Shown here piece after piece: positions 60,369-64,000 of a DNA stretch of 64,000 nucleotides. Source of the DNA: Bacteroidales bacterium UBA6428 (GTDB lineage Bacteria; Bacteroidota; Bacteroidia; Bacteroidales; UBA932); contig DJOW01000071.1 in assembly GCA_002437305.1 (NCBI GenBank), positions 49,808 to 113,807 on the forward strand, in the 5' to 3' direction. Position numbers and translations under genes: made by a program. The notes beneath the pieces are model-generated. The model saw only the letters and a list, made by a program, of their open reading frames with translations. It ran no database searches and was not told where the DNA came from. Position 1 is the first letter of the stretch, and each line of letters opens with the position of its first letter.

Positions 60369-60476
60369 TATTTCAGATTATTACACATCTAATCTTCCAA
60401 AGCGGCATCGCCACGAACCGCTCAAGTATTGTAGATCCTTATTGCACAATAGCATCACAAACCAACAATAACGGAA

Positions 60477-61397
60477 TCACGCCTCAGTTGCCACGACATT
60501 GTACATCAGCCCGTCTTTCAATTTAGGGACGCGATACAAACCTCTGCGCTGCAAACTATCATCGGTACTATCCAACAAGTCTTTGAACTGCCCCACGGTG
60601 TCCACACCAAACAGAACTTTGGCCTCGTCAAAGTATTTCTTAGACACCAAATTGGGCAAAATGAAACGGTCGCGGTTGTACACGCTCAATTCAGGGTACC
60701 AAAAAGGATCTAACATATCATTGGAGGAATTCCATAGGGACATGTAATAAAGAAGGATATCGGCCCTGATAAGTTTCTCAAAACCCACACTGGTATATTT
60801 GTACATATAGTCCGCTGTCACGCTTAAGCGCTTAGGATTGTTTGTGTTCAAAAACTCATTTAGAGTGTAGTTATATTCACGAAAACGCATGAAATTCACC
60901 TCTCGTGCCATACGATAGTCTTTGTAATACACAACATACTTAGAACGAAGTATCGCCTGTAAAGCATCAAAACAGTGATTCTCGACAAGCATAGCGGTAA
61001 GCGAGATCAACAAGAACTGATTGAAGAAGCGATAATGGTCATTGCGGAGAAGATCAGTGCTTGTACCTGAATATAGGTTCACGCCATGTTCCTCATAGAA
61101 ATTCAGCAATCTTTCAAAAAAGGCAGGCAGATAGGACTTCAGAATTGGATGTTTGTTTGTAGCGAACATCTCAACAACAGAAAGGAACTCTTTCCGCATC
61201 GACTCCAGTTTTTCTATTCCTTCCACAACCATCTGGTACAATTGACCCACATTGGTAACTTCCTGAATTTTGATGTCGTACTCCTCAAGTCGCTCAATAA
61301 AAGTCCTGAAATAATTACTGACAATAATCTCCAGATGATTATTATTCTTCAGAACGGCATCACTCACCGCTTCCGCTGTCCACTTGTTATTATCCAT
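60477..61397 (-). CDS. Hypothetical protein, possibly related to the C-terminal region of SEFIR/TIR-domain proteins
   Basis: 306-aa ORF coupled to the upstream gene (TAATG); motifs DHYRFF, RLSVTAD, ADILLYY, WYPELSVY, SKKYF, LFGV. Confidence 0.75.
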   Translation of the reverse strand: MDNNKWTAEAVSDAVLKNNNHLEIIVSNYFRTFIERLEEYDIKIQEVTNVGQLYQMVVEGIEKLESMRKEFLSVVEMFATNKHPILKSYLPAFFERLLNFYEEHGVNLYSGTSTDLLRNDHYRFFNQFLLISLTAMLVENHCFDALQAILRSKYVVYYKDYRMAREVNFMRFREYNYTLNEFLNTNNPKRLSVTADYMYKYTSVGFEKLIRADILLYYMSLWNSSNDMLDPFWYPELSVYNRDRFILPNLVSKKYFDEAKVLFGVDTVGQFKDLLDSTDDSLQRRGLYRVPKLKDGLMYNVVATEA

Positions 61398-62032
61398 TAA
61401 AGCAGATGTTTTTTAAGAAATTCCTTAATGGGGATCAACGAGTCCGAATCAAGGTTCCATATTTCCGGATTGTTCCACTGCCATGCGCCACTTCCAACTT
61501 TATCCTTCTTCGTCTTAGAGATTGGAAGCGAGGTGAAATAGGTATGTAACTTACCCTTGCGGTTAGGCGTACTATAAAATTGCTTGCCATTATCATCTTT
61601 TCGCCGTGAAATGCAGCATTCGTACTTACCGAAGCAGTCAAAGAATTCCGGGTATAGGTCTCTGCGTGCGGTACTCTCCATAAGAACCTCCACCTCACCA
61701 TCACTGCGGTTATCAGGCCAAAGGAACAATTCAAAGTCCAAACCTAATTCATGTCTTTTCCTTAACAAATGCTCACTGCGTTTCTCATAACCACCGTTAT
61801 TCTTGTCGCTATCAGCATCGAACACCACCAAATTCTTTTCACCGACATCGGTATTAACACGCATTGCATTGATGTTTGCAGCAGCCTTCTCCGAATCCAT
61901 CAGATTGAGGTAACCGTCTGTGGGCTTTATAGAGTACACATCCGAGGGAACGCCCATTTGGTCAAGTATGGCTGTCAGAAATTCCGCCTCTGGGGTCTTC
62001 CTATCCTTCGCTTCTATGAAAATGTTCACCAT
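61397..62032 (-). CDS. DUF3226-like / TOPRIM-fold putative nuclease
   Basis: N-terminal IFIE, central VVFDAD, LFLWPDN..DGEVE motif; directly follows an ABC-type ATPase. Confidence 0.7.
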   Translation of the reverse strand: MVNIFIEAKDRKTPEAEFLTAILDQMGVPSDVYSIKPTDGYLNLMDSEKAAANINAMRVNTDVGEKNLVVFDADSDKNNGGYEKRSEHLLRKRHELGLDFELFLWPDNRSDGEVEVLMESTARRDLYPEFFDCFGKYECCISRRKDDNGKQFYSTPNRKGKLHTYFTSLPISKTKKDKVGSGAWQWNNPEIWNLDSDSLIPIKEFLKKHLL

Positions 62033-62043
62033 TCCATGCCCTC

Positions 62044-63075
62044 CTATCTTATCTCTATCTCCTGTTCTATGGCATAGCCAAGTTGGTCTATTGAATATCG
62101 GTATGATTTCAGTTCATCCTCGGCTATTCGCTGAAGTTTAAACGCTGCTGCCACATCTTCGGTACCGTAATCCTTGGCATTCTGCAAAGCCTCCTGAAAT
62201 CCCTTAATAGAATCCTCATCGTGCGTCGTGGCAAATATTTGGACATCATTCTTGATGGCTGCCCGGATCACTACATCCCACATAGGCTTCATGACCGAAT
62301 AATGGAACCCATTGCTGAGTTCGTCGATCAACACCACTCCACCTTTGCATTGGTAGATACTTGTAAGGAAAGACACTATCTTTCTGATGCCATCGCCCAT
62401 TAGGTTGATAGGGATGCGTTGTGGCAAACCTGTATCAACGAACATAATGTTATCCATAAAAACCGGACTCTTTGCGTCAGGCTCCAAAACACGCAAGGCT
62501 TCCACAAGGAAGTCTTCATCTTTATTCAAGATAATATTATGCAGTCCCTCTACGGAAGCATTCGAGTCATAACGAGGGCTGAGGTAAACGCATCTCAGTT
62601 TTTCCGTGTATCTGTTATCAATACGCGTTGTCTGCATTAATTGATTTGAGCCCCCCACATCATACAAAACGTCAGAAGAATATTCTCCTTCATTAGTATT
62701 GTATTTCATTCGCAGACCGTAATGAAAAGGAAGTTCGGTCGAAACACTATTTGTATCAGTTACAGCCTCACGAAAACTGGAAATAGCGAGATGACGCTCC
62801 TGAGAACCCGAAGTCGCAATATGAATCTCCCGCGATGAATCCATTCTATAGAAAAAATAATGAATATCGCTTTCTTCCAAGCGCTTATAGGCTCTCATTG
62901 CGTTTATGGAAGCCGGCAAAAGAGGGTTGGATTGCCCGCACACAAGAAAGATCGCCTCAAGCAACGACGACTTGCCGCAGTTGTTCTTTCCAAAGAAAAG
63001 ATTCACCCGTGACAATCCATCAATCTTACCATGACGAATCCCACGGAAATTATTAATCTCGACACTGTCTATCAT
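62044..63075 (-). CDS. ABC-type (AAA_15/AAA_21) ATPase
   Basis: INNFRGI, Walker A GKNNCGKS, signature-like MGDG, Walker B VVLIDE, H-loop ATTH. Start set at MIDSV. Confidence 0.9.
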   Translation of the reverse strand: MIDSVEINNFRGIRHGKIDGLSRVNLFFGKNNCGKSSLLEAIFLVCGQSNPLLPASINAMRAYKRLEESDIHYFFYRMDSSREIHIATSGSQERHLAISSFREAVTDTNSVSTELPFHYGLRMKYNTNEGEYSSDVLYDVGGSNQLMQTTRIDNRYTEKLRCVYLSPRYDSNASVEGLHNIILNKDEDFLVEALRVLEPDAKSPVFMDNIMFVDTGLPQRIPINLMGDGIRKIVSFLTSIYQCKGGVVLIDELSNGFHYSVMKPMWDVVIRAAIKNDVQIFATTHDEDSIKGFQEALQNAKDYGTEDVAAAFKLQRIAEDELKSYRYSIDQLGYAIEQEIEIR

Positions 63076-63097
63076 AATGCGATCTCTATGTTTGTTG

Positions 63098-63105
63098 CAA
63101 AAGTA
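63098..63105 (-). promoter_or_regulatory. Bacteroidota -7 promoter element upstream of the ATPase operon
   Basis: TACTTTTG on the minus strand (TAnnTTTG consensus), 22 bp before the ATG. Confidence 0.6.
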
Positions 63106-63134
63106 CAACTTTTCAACCAATATAACGAACGTTT

Positions 63135-63350
63135 TTACAGCCTTTTGCCTATTCTATTAATAAAGAACAATTTTTTGTACACCCCGCACACCAAATTAAC
63201 CCCTGTCCAGAACACACTTGCCACAACATTCATGTTCATGGCACCGCGCCATAGTTTATAGTGCCAACTGATCATTGTGGAATATCCATGCGTGGAGATA
63301 CTGCCGGGTCTTCCCCTCCGGTACTTTGCCAGGACCTCGTCGTACATCAC
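63135..63350 (-). pseudogene. C-terminal remnant of a GT2 (TuaG-like) glycosyltransferase
   Basis: VLAKYRRGRPGSISTHGY..WHYKLW...NLVCGVYKK resembles the C-terminus of capsule GT2 enzymes; the catalytic N-terminal part is absent. Confidence 0.65.
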
Positions 63351-63532
63351 ACACGAATATTCACAATATTATATTATACTATACTAATACATTAATACAC
63401 ATGCATAATAAAATAGGTCGCTTCGACTAGCCCTGCGACCTATTATACGCTATAACGGAATGCTAAAACTCACACTAGATAAACTGCAGGGCAATAGTAC
63501 CCAAAAGTACTCTAGAGAAATAAATCGACCTC

Positions 63533-63688
63533 TCACTTCTTCAGAACCCCTAAAGCCTCTACGGCATCCTCATAGTCGATTTGGAGGGAGCGGGCGACGT
63601 ACTCCGGAGTAATGAGATCCATCGAGCAGGAGCGGTGCTCCATTTCGATGAAATCGGCAATTCTGTCTATCAGTTCTTTTGTAATCAT
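63533..63688 (-). CDS. Small hypothetical protein (51 aa, not in the ORF track)
   Basis: MITKELIDRIADFIEMEHRSCSMDLITPEYVARSLQIDYEDAVEALGVLKK, starting 3 bp after the upstream stop. Confidence 0.6.
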   Translation of the reverse strand: MITKELIDRIADFIEMEHRSCSMDLITPEYVARSLQIDYEDAVEALGVLKK

Positions 63689-63691
63689 CGT

Positions 63692-64000
63692 TTAGAGACT
63701 CTTCACAATGTCTACGAAATTTTCAATGACATATTCCGCATCCTCCATCGACATCTTGGTGTTAAGTGGAAGAGTGATCTCGTTTTCAAACAGACGATAG
63801 GCATTCGGGAAGTTGGCGATGTCGAAGCCAAGAGACTTATAGGCGGTCATCATCGGGAGTGGCTTGTAGTGGACGTTGGTGGCAATCCCACGTTCGGCCA
63901 TCTGTTCAATCACCTTGTTAGCCTCCTCACGTGTACGTCCCTGAAGACGAACAAGGTATAGATGATGGGACGAACAATGATCACTAGACCTATGATTCAA
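63692..64000 (-). CDS. C-terminal part of a second DegT/DnrJ family aminotransferase; truncated by the window end
   Basis: SSHHLY, GIATNVHYKPLPM, NEITLPL. Confidence 0.88.
   Translation of the reverse strand: MNHRSSDHCSSHHLYLVRLQGRTREEANKVIEQMAERGIATNVHYKPLPMMTAYKSLGFDIANFPNAYRLFENEITLPLNTKMSMEDAEYVIENFVDIVKSL

Noticed and set aside
1..64000. IS elements, integrases, prophage genes, rRNA or tRNA genes
   Set aside because: No transposase, recombinase or phage motifs and no structural RNA signatures were recognised.

Overview
This 64 kb chromosomal segment comes from a Bacteroidales bacterium. The Bacteroidota TAnnTTTG promoter motif recurs, and the gene content suggests a Rikenellaceae/Alistipes-like lineage (inference). 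Positions 1-54.5 kb are mostly housekeeping and accessory metabolism: speA, a TamA/BamA-family OMP, rlmD, a flavodiiron protein, rarA, cysteate synthase, queA, pyrD, cinA, tatAC, valS, kdsC, maf, GH106, GH127/146, ettA, rubredoxin, MATE, a CoA-transferase and an aminotransferase. Positions 54.6-64 kb are part of a surface-polysaccharide locus on the minus strand. The most notable observations are: (1) a three-gene ABC-ATPase / TOPRIM-like nuclease / unknown-protein operon inside the capsule locus, a candidate defence system; (2) a family of ~25-bp REP-like palindromes (CTTCGACAGGCTCAGCGACC), found between genes and inserted in frame in two intact genes; (3) a 14-bp minisatellite that appears to derive from a dead degT-paralogue fragment; (4) a 29-bp direct repeat with a 34-bp spacer; (5) an AT-rich TGTAAAC/GTTTACA motif array upstream of an XRE regulator; and (6) several gene remnants (iorA-like, GT2, AAA-ATPase). 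No rRNA, tRNA, cas gene or transposase was found. All family assignments come from recognising motifs by eye; no database search was run.
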